Origin: an uncultured Candidatus Saccharibacteria bacterium
GTDB taxonomy: Bacteria > Patescibacteriota > Minisyncoccia > Phycocordibacterales > UBA12088
Length of the DNA: 64,000 nucleotides
Assembly: GCA_964521185.1 (NCBI GenBank)
Contig: CAZFRC010000003.1
Span: 2,112 to 66,111, forward strand
Reading direction: 5' to 3'
Shown: piece after piece, positions 37,638-48,029 of the stretch
Numbering within the stretch: the first letter of the stretch is position 1
Layout of the letters: each line of letters begins with the position of its first letter
Position numbers and translations under genes: made by a program
Notes under the pieces: model-generated
Databases searched by the model: none
The model's input: the letters and a program-made list of their open reading frames with translations, nothing else
Told to the model about the DNA's origin: nothing

Positions 37638-38944
37638 TGAACACTTCTAAGAAAAAAATAATTGCGGGAGCGGGCGCGTTGGGAATCGTGATCATGTTGT
37701 TATTCGCTTATCTTTTTTGGATTCAAGATGCAGAAGAAATAAATGTTGTTGTCGATGGAACGTTCCCTACGAAAGAAGCGCCCGTGAACCCCGACGGCAG
37801 TCCTCGAACGGAAACAGGTTCCGAAGAGTTTTTGCTTCCCGATAACACAGAAATTCCGTTCGAACGAGTACCCCTTATTCAAGTCTCAGAAACTGCGGGA
37901 GCGGGTGCTGGATTTTACACCGACTCCACGGGGCATGAGTTTGTTCGATACGTAGATCGGGAAAATGGGCACATATTCCAGTTCGATCTTAAAACCGAAG
38001 CGCGCCAAAAAATATCTGGAGTGACGCTTCCCGGAGTAATCGAAGCGGTTTGGAACTCAAAAGGTACCGACGTAGCCCTTCGCTACCTTGACGAGACCTT
38101 CATGGTTCGCACGTTTATCGCGTCTTTGTCTCCCAAAAGCGATGGCACGGTTACCATTACTGGCCAATTCCTTCCAGACAGCGTCACTTCTATTGCTCCT
38201 TATTCTGCGAAAAATGTTACCGGGTTCGCCTACACGAGAGTCTTTGGAGGGGGCGCTTCCTTGTTTATACAAGAAGAGAGCGGTGTGGCCAAAGAGGTGT
38301 TTCGTTCTCCGTTTCCGGAATGGATTATAGTCTCTTCTTTGCACGGAGCGATACTGCTTGGGTCACGGGCTTCAACAAAAGAGACTGGCGTAGTGCTCAA
38401 AATTGACGGGGAATCAGGTGGGGTCACGAAAATGGCTTCCGGAGCGCTTGGCATGTCGGCAACAATAGATCCAACCGGAACATGGCTCCTTACTTCTGAG
38501 TATGCTGATGGCTCCATGCGTACATTTGTTCAAAACACACGAGCCCCAATGATTTCGGAGCCCGTTCAAACTTCCATAAACACTTTGGCAGAAAAATGTG
38601 TGTGGGGGGTTAAAAATGCGGCATCGTCAACCCCACGGGTGTTTTGCGCTTCCCCCATTAATTGGAGCGAGGTGGGTGTTGACGTTCCAGACAGCTGGTA
38701 TCGAGGAGAGGTGTCTTTCTCGGACGAGTTTGTCTATTTTGACCCTATAACCAACACTCCCTTTCCCCTTCTGGTGCCAGAACTCGGCATGAACATGCCT
38801 GTTGACGCAGTGCATCCCATAGCAAACCATACAGGAGAATATGTGGTTTTCAAAAATAAACCGGACGGGATCATTTGGGCGCTCCCCGTTCACAAGGCCG
38901 AAGCAGCAGTGAATAAGTTTATAGAGGCGCACGAAGGCGAGTAG
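37637..38944 (+). CDS. Membrane-anchored hypothetical protein (beta-propeller-like)
   Basis: N-terminal TM; beta-rich; PDSWYRGEVSFSD motif. Confidence 0.7.
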   Translation: MNTSKKKIIAGAGALGIVIMLLFAYLFWIQDAEEINVVVDGTFPTKEAPVNPDGSPRTETGSEEFLLPDNTEIPFERVPLIQVSETAGAGAGFYTDSTGHEFVRYVDRENGHIFQFDLKTEARQKISGVTLPGVIEAVWNSKGTDVALRYLDETFMVRTFIASLSPKSDGTVTITGQFLPDSVTSIAPYSAKNVTGFAYTRVFGGGASLFIQEESGVAKEVFRSPFPEWIIVSSLHGAILLGSRASTKETGVVLKIDGESGGVTKMASGALGMSATIDPTGTWLLTSEYADGSMRTFVQNTRAPMISEPVQTSINTLAEKCVWGVKNAASSTPRVFCASPINWSEVGVDVPDSWYRGEVSFSDEFVYFDPITNTPFPLLVPELGMNMPVDAVHPIANHTGEYVVFKNKPDGIIWALPVHKAEAAVNKFIEAHEGE

Positions 38945-38952
38945 CTGTTCGC

Positions 38953-39438
38953 CTAAAAAGTAAGTGGCCCTTTAAATTTAAGGACGACCCTACGAAACTT
39001 TCCCTCACCCAAAGACTCGGTTTTGATTTCCGGATCGTCAGTAAAATATGTATGGACGACCATCCTCTCGTAGGGATTCATTGGGGGCATTTCAACATCG
39101 GCACGAAAAACCCGCACCCTCTCCGCAAGCATCTTTGCCGAGTTTTCAATCTCATGAATTTTTCGCTCGTGATACCCGTTTACGTCAACGATACATTCGC
39201 TACCCCCGAACTTTTTTTCAGCAATTTTTTTTATAACATGATTCAGGGCGCGCAGATTTTCTCCACCCTGCCCGATGAGGAGCGCTGAATCGGGGCCTTC
39301 AACCACGACAAACGGATGCGGGATTCGTTCTTTGTACTCAATACGGGTGGTTACGATGCCAAGACGCGCGAGAACATCGGACACAAGTTGGACCGCGTCA
39401 TTTGGACTCATGGGGCTTGTTGCTAGGATTTCGGACAT
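38953..39438 (-). CDS. jag: Jag/KhpB (EloR) KH-R3H RNA-binding protein
   Basis: LLIGQGGENLRAL, PMNPYERMVVH, ESLGEG..RRVV; adjacent to yidC. Confidence 0.9.
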   Translation of the reverse strand: MSEILATSPMSPNDAVQLVSDVLARLGIVTTRIEYKERIPHPFVVVEGPDSALLIGQGGENLRALNHVIKKIAEKKFGGSECIVDVNGYHERKIHEIENSAKMLAERVRVFRADVEMPPMNPYERMVVHTYFTDDPEIKTESLGEGKFRRVVLKFKGPLTF

Positions 39439-40123
39439 ACCATTCTTGGAGGATTGCCACCATATTACTCGTCACCAAATAGAGTGCAACTGCCGACGAA
39501 ATTGTGTAAGCAACGATTCCCACGATGAGGGGGAGAACGTACCTCGCTTGAATATGCATGCTCCGCGCAAATTCTTCGGCAAATCCCGCCTCTGCTGTGC
39601 GGGGAGGGGATTCCGGCATAGCAAAATATGCCTGCACGAACTGACTCCCTCCGGCAAACAGAGAGAGAAAGAGACTTCTGCCTGCCATGTCAATTCCAAG
39701 AAACATCATGGACACGTTCTCTGGAACAGAAATAAATGAATACAACAAATCTTCATTGATCGTGGGAAGTCCTCCTTTGAAAAACACGAAATAGAGAGCG
39801 AAGAATATGGGGAGCTGTGCTAACAAAACGAGAATGCTTGCAAAGGGATTAATCTTGTTGGTCCGATAAAGCTCCATGATGTGGCGCGCCTGTTCTTCAC
39901 GTTTCGGATATTTCTTTTTGATCGCCGATACTTCGGGCTCAATTTTTTTCATTTCTATTTGGGTTTTCGATGCCCTAACAGAAAGAGGCAAGAGAAGCAC
40001 CTTGACTCCGATGGTAAGAATAACCACCGCAAATCCAACGCTTCCTCCAGGAACAATGTCAATTAGCCCGATGAGGGCATTATAGAGAGGAACATAAAAA
40101 AGGGTCCTGAATATTTCTATCAT
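39398..40123 (-). CDS. yidC: YidC/Oxa1 membrane insertase
   Basis: AVVILTI.VK..LLPL, INPFAS, QLPIFFALY, LY.VTSN...ILQ. Confidence 0.93.
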   Translation of the reverse strand: MIEIFRTLFYVPLYNALIGLIDIVPGGSVGFAVVILTIGVKVLLLPLSVRASKTQIEMKKIEPEVSAIKKKYPKREEQARHIMELYRTNKINPFASILVLLAQLPIFFALYFVFFKGGLPTINEDLLYSFISVPENVSMMFLGIDMAGRSLFLSLFAGGSQFVQAYFAMPESPPRTAEAGFAEEFARSMHIQARYVLPLIVGIVAYTISSAVALYLVTSNMVAILQEWYVRNPSNKPHESK

Positions 40124-40482
40124 TGACCCATTCTACGAGGCTGTGCCTTCGTGAGCAAATGGAGAGCTTTTTGGATTGCTTCGCGCGCGTCCATCACAAG
40201 ATCTTCAAATGATATTGAGTCTGTTTCTTTAGATCGCACAATTACAAATGCCTGAGGGGAAAAATCGTCAGGCATTGCCCTACGAAAAGCCGCTGCCATT
40301 CGTCTTCGGATGGCGTTTCGACGTGTTGCTTTCGTTTCTATCTTTTTTGAGACACTGCAAGAAACGCGCGGATTTCCTTCGTTTTTTGCAAAGAGTACCG
40401 TAACGTGCGGAGTAGTCACCCGAACTCCCGAATTAATCAATCTGCTAATGTCCTCCCTTGAAAGCCTCTTGCGTTTGGGCAT
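40120..40482 (-). CDS. rnpA: RNase P protein component
   Basis: RLSR..., SVSKKI...ATRRNAIRRR; located between rpmH and yidC. Confidence 0.88.
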   Translation of the reverse strand: MPKRKRLSREDISRLINSGVRVTTPHVTVLFAKNEGNPRVSCSVSKKIETKATRRNAIRRRMAAAFRRAMPDDFSPQAFVIVRSKETDSISFEDLVMDAREAIQKALHLLTKAQPRRMGQ

Positions 40483-40494
40483 TTATATAGACGT

Positions 40495-40632
40495 TTATAC
40501 GGAAAGGCGCGATCGTCCTTTCCGACGTCGGCGAACGAGCACCCTCTTCCCTGCGGGGGTTCTTGACCGAACTCGAAATCCGTGTGTAGTATTCCTTTTT
40601 TTCTTTTTTGGTTGGTAGATGCGTTTTGGCAT
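40495..40632 (-). CDS. rpmH: 50S ribosomal protein L34 (not in the ORF track)
   Basis: Hand translation [45 protein letters not shown]. Confidence 0.95.
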   Translation of the reverse strand: MPKRIYQPKKKKRNTTHGFRVRSRTPAGKRVLVRRRRKGRSRLSV

Positions 40633-40764
40633 ATAAGAAATGTACCAGAATCAATTCCAAGTGTCTACTAAACGCGCCCATCAACAAGTAATACACAGCA
40701 TGTGAACATATAGAATCGTTTTCGGGAAGTGTCGAGTTTGTTTATGAAAGATATAATTGTCGGA

Positions 40765-42117
40765 ATGGAAGCGATTGACACCAGACAATTATGGGAAAAT
40801 GTATTGGTTGATATCGAACTATCGATTCCGCGCGCAACGTTTAACACCTGGTTTCGCGGAACTCGCATCGTCCGCTACGAGGAGGGGACGGTATACGTGG
40901 GAGTGCCGAACAATCTTGCGCGCGACTGGTTTAAGGATAAATACCATAAACTTATTCTCCGCGCGCTGCGAACACTTGCCGAAGACGTCCGTTCTGTTGA
41001 ATATATCATCGCAAAACAGGAATCCAGCCGCGAACACGCCGAACGCATCATACGGAAAACTCCCACAAACGAGCTGCCGTTTCAAGAGCTTTATATTGAT
41101 CGTAGAGATCATTTGAACCCCCGGTACACGTTTGAAACTCTCGTGGTGGGGCCTTTTAACGAACTTGCACACGCGGCCGCCCAAGCAATCGTGAAAAGCC
41201 CCGCAATCACCTATAACCCCCTCTATATCTATGGAAATACCGGATATGGAAAAACTCATCTGGCACAGGCTGTAGGAAATCAGATTAAAAAAATTAGTCC
41301 AGGGAAAAAAATTTATTACGTCACTTCAGAAAAGTTCACTATCGACGTATTAAACGGCATACAAACCAACTCTATGCCAAACTTTAAAGACCGCTACCGA
41401 CAGTATGACGTTCTGATTATGGACGACGTACAGTTTGTTTCAGGAAAAGAAAAAACCCAAGAAGAGCTTTTTCATCTTTTTAACGTACTCTATGACAATA
41501 ATAAACAGATTATCTTTACCTCTGACAAACATCCTGGATATCTTCAAAATATCGAAGAGCGCCTGAAATCCCGCTTTAAACAAGGAATGGTGGTTGATAT
41601 TTCAGATCCGGATTTTGAATCCCGCCTTGCAATTATTATGACCAAAGCCGCTGCAAATAATTTTACCCTAACCCCCGAAATTGCCGAACACTTGGCAAGA
41701 TCTATCGACGGAAATATTCGGGAACTTGAGGGTGCATTAAATGCGGTGATGCTCCAGTCTCAGATACACGATCGAACACTCACCATTGCAGACGTTCGAA
41801 ATCTTATAAAAGATAGTGGAAAAACCAAAAAAACAATCTCAACCAAGGAAATAGTTAAGAAAGTTGCCGAATTTTACAATATTGAAGAACAAATCATTTA
41901 CGACAAGACACGAAAAAAAGAAGTGGTGCGTCCACGACAAATCATTATGTTTATTTTGAGAGAGGATTTTCGTGAATCTTTCCCTTCGATTGGAGAAAAG
42001 CTTGGAGGTCGCGACCATACTACCGTTATCCATTCCTGTGAAAAGATTAGAGGGGATATTCAAACCGATTCCCTTCTTCTCCAGGAAATTAACCAGATCC
42101 GTGCGATGCTTAAGTAG
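40765..42117 (+). CDS. dnaA: Chromosomal replication initiator DnaA
   Basis: LNPRYTF, YNPLYIYGNTGYGKTHL, DDVQF, GGRDHTTVIH; start at MEAIDT, 7 nt after TATAAT. Confidence 0.98.
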   Translation: MEAIDTRQLWENVLVDIELSIPRATFNTWFRGTRIVRYEEGTVYVGVPNNLARDWFKDKYHKLILRALRTLAEDVRSVEYIIAKQESSREHAERIIRKTPTNELPFQELYIDRRDHLNPRYTFETLVVGPFNELAHAAAQAIVKSPAITYNPLYIYGNTGYGKTHLAQAVGNQIKKISPGKKIYYVTSEKFTIDVLNGIQTNSMPNFKDRYRQYDVLIMDDVQFVSGKEKTQEELFHLFNVLYDNNKQIIFTSDKHPGYLQNIEERLKSRFKQGMVVDISDPDFESRLAIIMTKAAANNFTLTPEIAEHLARSIDGNIRELEGALNAVMLQSQIHDRTLTIADVRNLIKDSGKTKKTISTKEIVKKVAEFYNIEEQIIYDKTRKKEVVRPRQIIMFILREDFRESFPSIGEKLGGRDHTTVIHSCEKIRGDIQTDSLLLQEINQIRAMLK

Positions 42118-42394
42118 GGTTCCTCGGTAGGAAGTAAGAAAGCGTGCGAAGTATGTGTGAATATTCCGTGTATAACTTGAAAACTTTTCTGGAAATTTAT
42201 TGTTTTCAAGCCATTCAACCCCAATACCATAACGGCTCTCATTTAGAAATGGGCATTTTCTCCCCAGCTTCTCCGATTTCGATGGATAAAAATACTTTGA
42301 AAAATATAGCGCCCAGGGGTTTGTCCCCATATCCACACTAATAATAGTAATAGTAAAGTATCTTTCCTTTTAAATAATAAGTACTGTTATACCC
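42118..42394. other. Probable replication origin oriC
   Basis: AT-rich dnaA-dnaN spacer; DnaA-box-like ttgtcccca/atatccaca (42321-42337) followed by the trio-like run taataatagtaatagtaa (42339-42356). Confidence 0.8.
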
Positions 42395-43495
42395 ATGAAG
42401 TTTGAAGCTTCCAAACCCGCCTTATTAGACGCAGTAGCAACCGCCGAAAGAGCCAGTGGGAAAAACTTGCCTCTTGCTGTTCTAAACGACGTGGTTGTGT
42501 CTGCTCAAGAGGGGAAGATATTCGTTCGCGCGACCAATCTTGATCTTGCAATAGAAATACAGGTTCCAGGCAAAATACTGCGAGAAGGGGATGTGGCGGT
42601 GCCGGGGGCAATATTTCGCGACACCATAGCCGCTTCTAGAGAAGATTCAGTGATTAAGGTTGAGTCTGATGATCGGTTTCTTTCAGTTACCATGAGGGGA
42701 GGTAGTGCTCGTATTGCCGCTCGTCCAACAGATGATTTTCCTAATTTCCCAAATTTAGAAAAAGCCCCTATGGTTTCCATTCCCGCTAATGATTTAGTGA
42801 AGGGATTTCGTTCGGTCGCTTTTAGCTCCTCGGTTTCAACGATACGGCCAGAACTTGGAACCGTTGCGATTTTTCCAGGGTCTGGATCTTTGGTATTTGT
42901 TGCAACAGATTCATTTCGTTTGGCAGAAAAAACCATTCAATTAGAGCGGCCCCCTAAAATTGACCCTTTTCTCGTTCCTATTCGCAATGTAACTGAAATT
43001 ATACGCGCTCTTGAGGGTCTTGAGGGTAATGTTGAGTTTCGATATGCAGAACATCACGCATGTATTTCCCATGGATCACTGGCAATCGCAACGAGACTTG
43101 TTGACGGTAATTTTCCGGATTATAAACAGATTATTCCGAAAGATCATCAGACGACAATTACAGCTCTGTCAGGTGATGTTCTCCACACACTTAAAACGGC
43201 GGGTATTTTTTCGGACAAACTTGCTCACATTCGGTTATCTCTTAAAAAAGGGGGAGATACTTTAATGGTGAGTGCCCAGACTCCCGAAAGAGGGGAAATT
43301 ACCGCAAGTCTTCCGGCAAAAATAAGCGGGGAGTCAATCGAAATAAGTTTCAATCAAAAATATCTACTAGACGCATTTCAATCCATTCATACAGACTCAA
43401 TTACGCTTAAACTACACGGTCCCGGACGTCCGGTGATTGTTGAGGGTGTGGGAGACATGACATTTCTCTATCTGGTAATGCCGATGAATCGATAA
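42395..43495 (+). CDS. dnaN: DNA polymerase III beta clamp
   Basis: ATNLD, VATDSFRLA, RLVDGNFPDY, YLVMPM. Confidence 0.96.
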   Translation: MKFEASKPALLDAVATAERASGKNLPLAVLNDVVVSAQEGKIFVRATNLDLAIEIQVPGKILREGDVAVPGAIFRDTIAASREDSVIKVESDDRFLSVTMRGGSARIAARPTDDFPNFPNLEKAPMVSIPANDLVKGFRSVAFSSSVSTIRPELGTVAIFPGSGSLVFVATDSFRLAEKTIQLERPPKIDPFLVPIRNVTEIIRALEGLEGNVEFRYAEHHACISHGSLAIATRLVDGNFPDYKQIIPKDHQTTITALSGDVLHTLKTAGIFSDKLAHIRLSLKKGGDTLMVSAQTPERGEITASLPAKISGESIEISFNQKYLLDAFQSIHTDSITLKLHGPGRPVIVEGVGDMTFLYLVMPMNR

Positions 43496-43500
43496 TAACC

Positions 43501-43764
43501 ATGTTTCAAAATTTGAGCGGGTATCTTGCACGATTTAAAACAATCTTCCAGACGCCGAATCTTTTGAAGCACGAAGTTATTTTAGCCATTCAAGAACACA
43601 CCGCACTGGAGTTTTTGCCGTCAGAAATAAAAATAGATCGAGGGATCATTCGAGTTACAAGTTCTCCTGCTGCAAGAAGCGAAGTTATACTCAAAAAAGG
43701 GGCGATTTTAAGATCTCTACGAGATCGAGGCATTTCAAAAGATATAGCCCGGGATATTCTCTAA
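43501..43764 (+). CDS. Hypothetical protein, possibly DciA/DUF721-like
   Basis: Follows dnaN; I.V.SSPAARSE..LKK..IL pattern. Confidence 0.5.
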   Translation: MFQNLSGYLARFKTIFQTPNLLKHEVILAIQEHTALEFLPSEIKIDRGIIRVTSSPAARSEVILKKGAILRSLRDRGISKDIARDIL

Positions 43765-43804
43765 TCCAATTATAGAACCCTAGGACTTTTCTAAAGTTAT
43801 TTTT

Positions 43805-46108
43805 CTAAGGTATGGGAATTGGAGAGGGCAGGTCGATTATTCCTTGCTGTTCTTTCCACCTCGAGACTCCATATTCCCAGTATAGATACTGAGAATCTTC
43901 ATCTGGTCTCTCTGGCTTTGGTCCTCGAGGATTGTTTCTGTCCACCCAATGGAGAATAGAGTGAACTCCTCCTCCAAAAATTTCAACACGATTCTCTGCC
44001 AATGTTTTTTCCGTGGCACGAACACCCGTAGTTTTATCCAAGATATATCCATCGCTTCCTTGCCATATTCCCCGAAACACGGCCTTGATGTCGAAAGGAA
44101 TTATCGGAGGACTACCAAAAACCTCTTCAGGAAATGTGGGAAGGGCAGCTTCCATAAACTCATGCCATAAGGGGGCAATAATGAATCCAGCCACACGTTT
44201 TTCCATCGAAGAATTGTCGTTATTGCCTGCCCATGCTCCGACTGTAATGGAGGGGGTGTATCCAACCACCCACGCGTCCTTGTATTCGTTTGTAGTCCCT
44301 GTTTTTGCCGCAATGTCTCGACCGGGGAAGTATAAATACGACCGTTCTCCAAAGGCGGGGGTTCTCGCCGCATTATCAGACAAAATATCTGAAATACTTC
44401 GCGCAATGTCAGACTCGAGAACGCGAGTTCCTCGACCTTGGTACTCTTCAATAACCTCGCCACTTGAGTCTTCTATTCGAAGAATTGAAACGGGTTCAAA
44501 ACGAATTCCTTCCGTTGCAAAGACTCCATATGCACTGGTTATGTCAAGGAGGGTAACTTCTCCGCCTCCGAGTACAAGAGTAAGTCCGTATCTCGACATG
44601 TCGGATAATGTGCTGATCCCCATCGATTTTGCGAGGCGGATTGAATCAGCGATTCCTGCAAGATATAACACCTTAACGGCAGGAATGTTAATAGATTGGG
44701 CAAGTGCATTTCGTAACGTAACCGGTCCACGGAATATTGAGTCGTAGTTACTTGGATAATAACAAGGATCAGTGTCGCGGGTGTCTTCAGGGGTACAGGC
44801 CGTTGAGAATTGTGTGGGAACGTCAAATACTACAGTTTCTGATGTGTACCCCTTGCGAAGAGCTTCTGCGTAGACGAAAGGTTTAAAAGCGGATCCCGGC
44901 TGGCGTTTTGCGAGCGCAATGTTATAAGCTCCATCAATTTCAGTATCAAAATAATCTCTTGATCCGACCATAACCAATATTTGTCCGGTCTTGGGATCAA
45001 TAGCCGTGAGCGCCGCGTTAGTGGCGTTAAACTTCTCTGCATTTTCTTTGGCGTGGCGGCTTACAATTTCTTGCGCGATTGATTGGAGGCGGTAATCGAG
45101 TGTCGTGATTACCCTGAATCCGCGCTCTTCGATCGCACGTTCTCCGTATTTTTTTTCCAAATAGTCTCTCACATAGAAGACGAAATGAGGGGCTTTAATG
45201 CCGCGATCCCCCCTAGGGAGGAACACCACTTCCTCGTTTGTTGCGTTCATGTATTCCTCTTCAGAAATAAAGTCCATATCAACCATTCGTTTCAATACCG
45301 TATTTTTTCGTTCCACCAAGGCCTCTCGGTTGTTTCCATAGGGGGAGTAGTATGAGGGTGCTTGGGGAAGCGCGGCCAGATAAGCAGCTTCTCCGAGAGT
45401 GACATCAGACGCCGACTTTCCAAAATACGCCTGACTCGCTTCTTCAACCCCATACAGCGTGCCTCCATAGGGCACTTCATTTAAATAGAACCCCAATATT
45501 TCGTCCTTGCTGTACGCCTGTTCGAGTTTTACTGCGAGCACCCACTCTTTTATTTTTCGTGCGATTGTTTTCTCGTCCACCAAAACAGCTTTTTTGATTA
45601 CTTGCTGGGTAATGGTGGATCCTCCTTGTGAAAACTCCAGCCGCATTATGTTAACGAGCGCTGCTCGCAGGAACGCGATCGGGCGAACTCCTTTGTGTTG
45701 ATAAAATTCCGTATCCTCGATGGCAACCGTCGCATTTTTTATGTGGCGAGAAATATTTTCAAACGGTATCAATGTACGCTGGATGTTTTCGTGAAGGTCG
45801 TACAATACTATTTCTCCTGTGCGGTCGTATATTTTTGTCGATTGGCTGATACGACGTCCGGCGAACACCGAGAGATCGGGTGTGGTAAGCGTTGCCGCCC
45901 ACAAAAAGACACCCCCGCTTCCTATAAAAAAACATGTTCCGGCAAGGAATAGAAGCGTGCGAAATAAACGCGACCAACCTTTTTGCCGTTTTCCTTTTTT
46001 GTGCGCATGCATGCTTTTAAACAATACGACCAGTGAGTGCATGGTAACACGAACGGAAGTCTGAAACATCTCTTTCATTACAAAACCCCGGTGTATGGAA
46101 TGCTCCAT
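43805..46108 (-). CDS. Class A penicillin-binding protein (transglycosylase/transpeptidase)
   Basis: AIEDTEFYQHKG, GGSTITQQ, RQPGSAFK, SIN, KTGT; true start is probably downstream of the 46082 hairpin. Confidence 0.93.
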   Translation of the reverse strand: MEHSIHRGFVMKEMFQTSVRVTMHSLVVLFKSMHAHKKGKRQKGWSRLFRTLLFLAGTCFFIGSGGVFLWAATLTTPDLSVFAGRRISQSTKIYDRTGEIVLYDLHENIQRTLIPFENISRHIKNATVAIEDTEFYQHKGVRPIAFLRAALVNIMRLEFSQGGSTITQQVIKKAVLVDEKTIARKIKEWVLAVKLEQAYSKDEILGFYLNEVPYGGTLYGVEEASQAYFGKSASDVTLGEAAYLAALPQAPSYYSPYGNNREALVERKNTVLKRMVDMDFISEEEYMNATNEEVVFLPRGDRGIKAPHFVFYVRDYLEKKYGERAIEERGFRVITTLDYRLQSIAQEIVSRHAKENAEKFNATNAALTAIDPKTGQILVMVGSRDYFDTEIDGAYNIALAKRQPGSAFKPFVYAEALRKGYTSETVVFDVPTQFSTACTPEDTRDTDPCYYPSNYDSIFRGPVTLRNALAQSINIPAVKVLYLAGIADSIRLAKSMGISTLSDMSRYGLTLVLGGGEVTLLDITSAYGVFATEGIRFEPVSILRIEDSSGEVIEEYQGRGTRVLESDIARSISDILSDNAARTPAFGERSYLYFPGRDIAAKTGTTNEYKDAWVVGYTPSITVGAWAGNNDNSSMEKRVAGFIIAPLWHEFMEAALPTFPEEVFGSPPIIPFDIKAVFRGIWQGSDGYILDKTTGVRATEKTLAENRVEIFGGGVHSILHWVDRNNPRGPKPERPDEDSQYLYWEYGVSRWKEQQGIIDLPSPIPIP

Positions 46109-46122
46109 ACACCGGGGTTTTG
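46082..46122 (-). terminator. Strong hairpin/terminator after the acidic ORF
   Basis: aaaaccccggtgtatgga-atgc-tccatacaccggggtttt. Confidence 0.8.
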
Positions 46123-46130
46123 CTCAGGAA

Positions 46131-46301
46131 CTAACTTTCGTCGTCTGCGTCAAATCCTTCGTATTCAGAAACGTCCTCTTCTTCGGAGAGTTCAGGAAAC
46201 TCACTATCATCAGGTTCCGTTTCGTCTACATCATCATCTACCTCATCGTCTGCTGCAACAAAAGGCAGTACCACATCATCGTTAGTATATGAACGAACCA
46301 T
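46131..46301 (-). CDS. Small, extremely acidic protein (56 aa)
   Basis: MVRSYTNDDVVLPFVAADDEVDDDVDETEPDDSEFPELSEEEDVSEYEGFDADDES, followed by a terminator. Confidence 0.6.
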   Translation of the reverse strand: MVRSYTNDDVVLPFVAADDEVDDDVDETEPDDSEFPELSEEEDVSEYEGFDADDES

Positions 46302-46433
46302 ACTACACGTTAACAAAGCTCATAAATATTCGTCCGCCGTGGACCGTGCCTCATTTGTATCAAAGTTGGCACAGGTTTAAAGAGGGTGTGCCCCCTACGC
46401 TGGGGATAATTCTTTTCGGCTGCCGAGGATACG

Positions 46434-46916
46434 TTACCGAAGTGACTGTTCCGATGCAAGGGCCGTCAAAGCAATAGCAATTGCATCGTATTCGTCGTCA
46501 AGACGAGGGGCCTTTTTTAACGCAAGCAGGCGGGGGATCATTTTTTGAATATCTTGTTTGTTTCCGCGGCCACTTCCCGAAATCGCTACTTTGATTTGGG
46601 GAGGAGTGTATTCAAATATAGGAAGGTTATGTTGAGAGGCAACAAACAACAGTACCCCCCGAGCCTCACTTACGCGCATCGCCGTGCGATGGTTGTTTGT
46701 GAGGTACAAAGTTTCAAGGGCTACTGCGTGAGGACGGTAAGTATTTAGGCATTCTTCGAAAGCACTTCCGATTTGGTGTAAACGTTTTTCAAACGGCGCT
46801 GTTGTTCGTGTGCGCACACAAGAAGAATACACAAGGACATCCTTGGTGTGGGGCAGGCGTTCGACAACTGCAATCCCCATACGCTCGTATCCGGGGTCGA
46901 TTCCAAGTACACGCAT
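46434..46916 (-). CDS. ruvC: Holliday junction resolvase RuvC
   Basis: LGIDPG, ALE, VSEARGV, EYTP.QIK, DDEYDAIAIA. Confidence 0.95.
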   Translation of the reverse strand: MRVLGIDPGYERMGIAVVERLPHTKDVLVYSSCVRTRTTAPFEKRLHQIGSAFEECLNTYRPHAVALETLYLTNNHRTAMRVSEARGVLLFVASQHNLPIFEYTPPQIKVAISGSGRGNKQDIQKMIPRLLALKKAPRLDDEYDAIAIALTALASEQSLR

Positions 46917-46946
46917 AGAGGTGGGACAGTAATTGATAACGTACGA

Positions 46947-47948
46947 TTAATGTAATACGGATCTGACTTGTTCTAGGTGCTCGTAAGTTCTTGGTGTTAC
47001 TATGCGCCCTCTCGGTGTACGCTCGATCAATCCTTGTCGCATAAGATAGGGTTCGTACACCTCCTCAATGGTTGATTCCTCTTCTGAGCTTGCTGCTGCA
47101 AGTGTGGAAAGACCAACCGGCCCTCCAGAAAATTTTTCAATAAGAATTGAAAGAATTCGACGATCAGAATCTGTCAGTCCAAGACGGTCAACGCCAAGCA
47201 TCGAAAGAGTGCGGTCAACCAGTACGCCGTCTAAGGGGGCTTTTTCAACCTGAGCAACGTCTCGGCAGCGTTTCAATAGATAATTTGCGGTACGAGGGGT
47301 CGCGCGACTTCTGCTTGAAATGGCCACAAGCGCGTCTTCGGTCGGGTCAACAAATAATATTTTCGCGCTCCGCGCGATAATTTTTTTCAGTTCTTCGTGG
47401 GTATAAAAATCAAGACGGAATGTTCCCCCCGAAAATCGAGAACGAAGAGGTCCTGACAGCATTCCGATTCGCGTAGTTGCGGCGACTAATGTGAACGGAG
47501 GAAGTTCAAGTTGGATTGAGCGTGCCGATGGTCCTTTTCCGATTATTATGTCGAGCGTTCCTGATTCAAGCGCGGGATACAATACTTCTTCAACCGATTT
47601 GGGCAGGCGATGAATTTCGTCAATAAACAGGATGTCTCCAGATCCTAAATTGGTGATAAGAGCTGCCAAATCGCCAACACGTTCGATGGCGGGCCCCGAA
47701 GTTATTCGAATTTGAGAGCCGATTTCTTTTGCCACGAGGTGTGCCAGTGTTGTTTTTCCAAGTCCGGGTGGGCCATACAGCAAAATGTGTTCCGGAGCAT
47801 GTCCCCGTTCTTTTGCTGCGGCAAGAAGTATTTGAAGATTCTTTTTTATAGGCTCTTGCCCGATATATTCGTTCCATGTGTCTGGACGCAACGTTCGATC
47901 AAGAGACAGGTCTTGTCGAGGAGAGGGATCAATAGGGGGGGTTGACAT
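46947..47948 (-). CDS. ruvB: Holliday junction helicase RuvB
   Basis: [36 protein letters not shown]. Confidence 0.97.
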   Translation of the reverse strand: MSTPPIDPSPRQDLSLDRTLRPDTWNEYIGQEPIKKNLQILLAAAKERGHAPEHILLYGPPGLGKTTLAHLVAKEIGSQIRITSGPAIERVGDLAALITNLGSGDILFIDEIHRLPKSVEEVLYPALESGTLDIIIGKGPSARSIQLELPPFTLVAATTRIGMLSGPLRSRFSGGTFRLDFYTHEELKKIIARSAKILFVDPTEDALVAISSRSRATPRTANYLLKRCRDVAQVEKAPLDGVLVDRTLSMLGVDRLGLTDSDRRILSILIEKFSGGPVGLSTLAAASSEEESTIEEVYEPYLMRQGLIERTPRGRIVTPRTYEHLEQVRSVLH

Positions 47949-48029
47949 AACAATTATTGTATGCTAGATTCTCGCGAGTTTTTGGTCGTGTTGGGAAGCC
48001 ATTACTACTCCTTACATGGCATATGTAGC

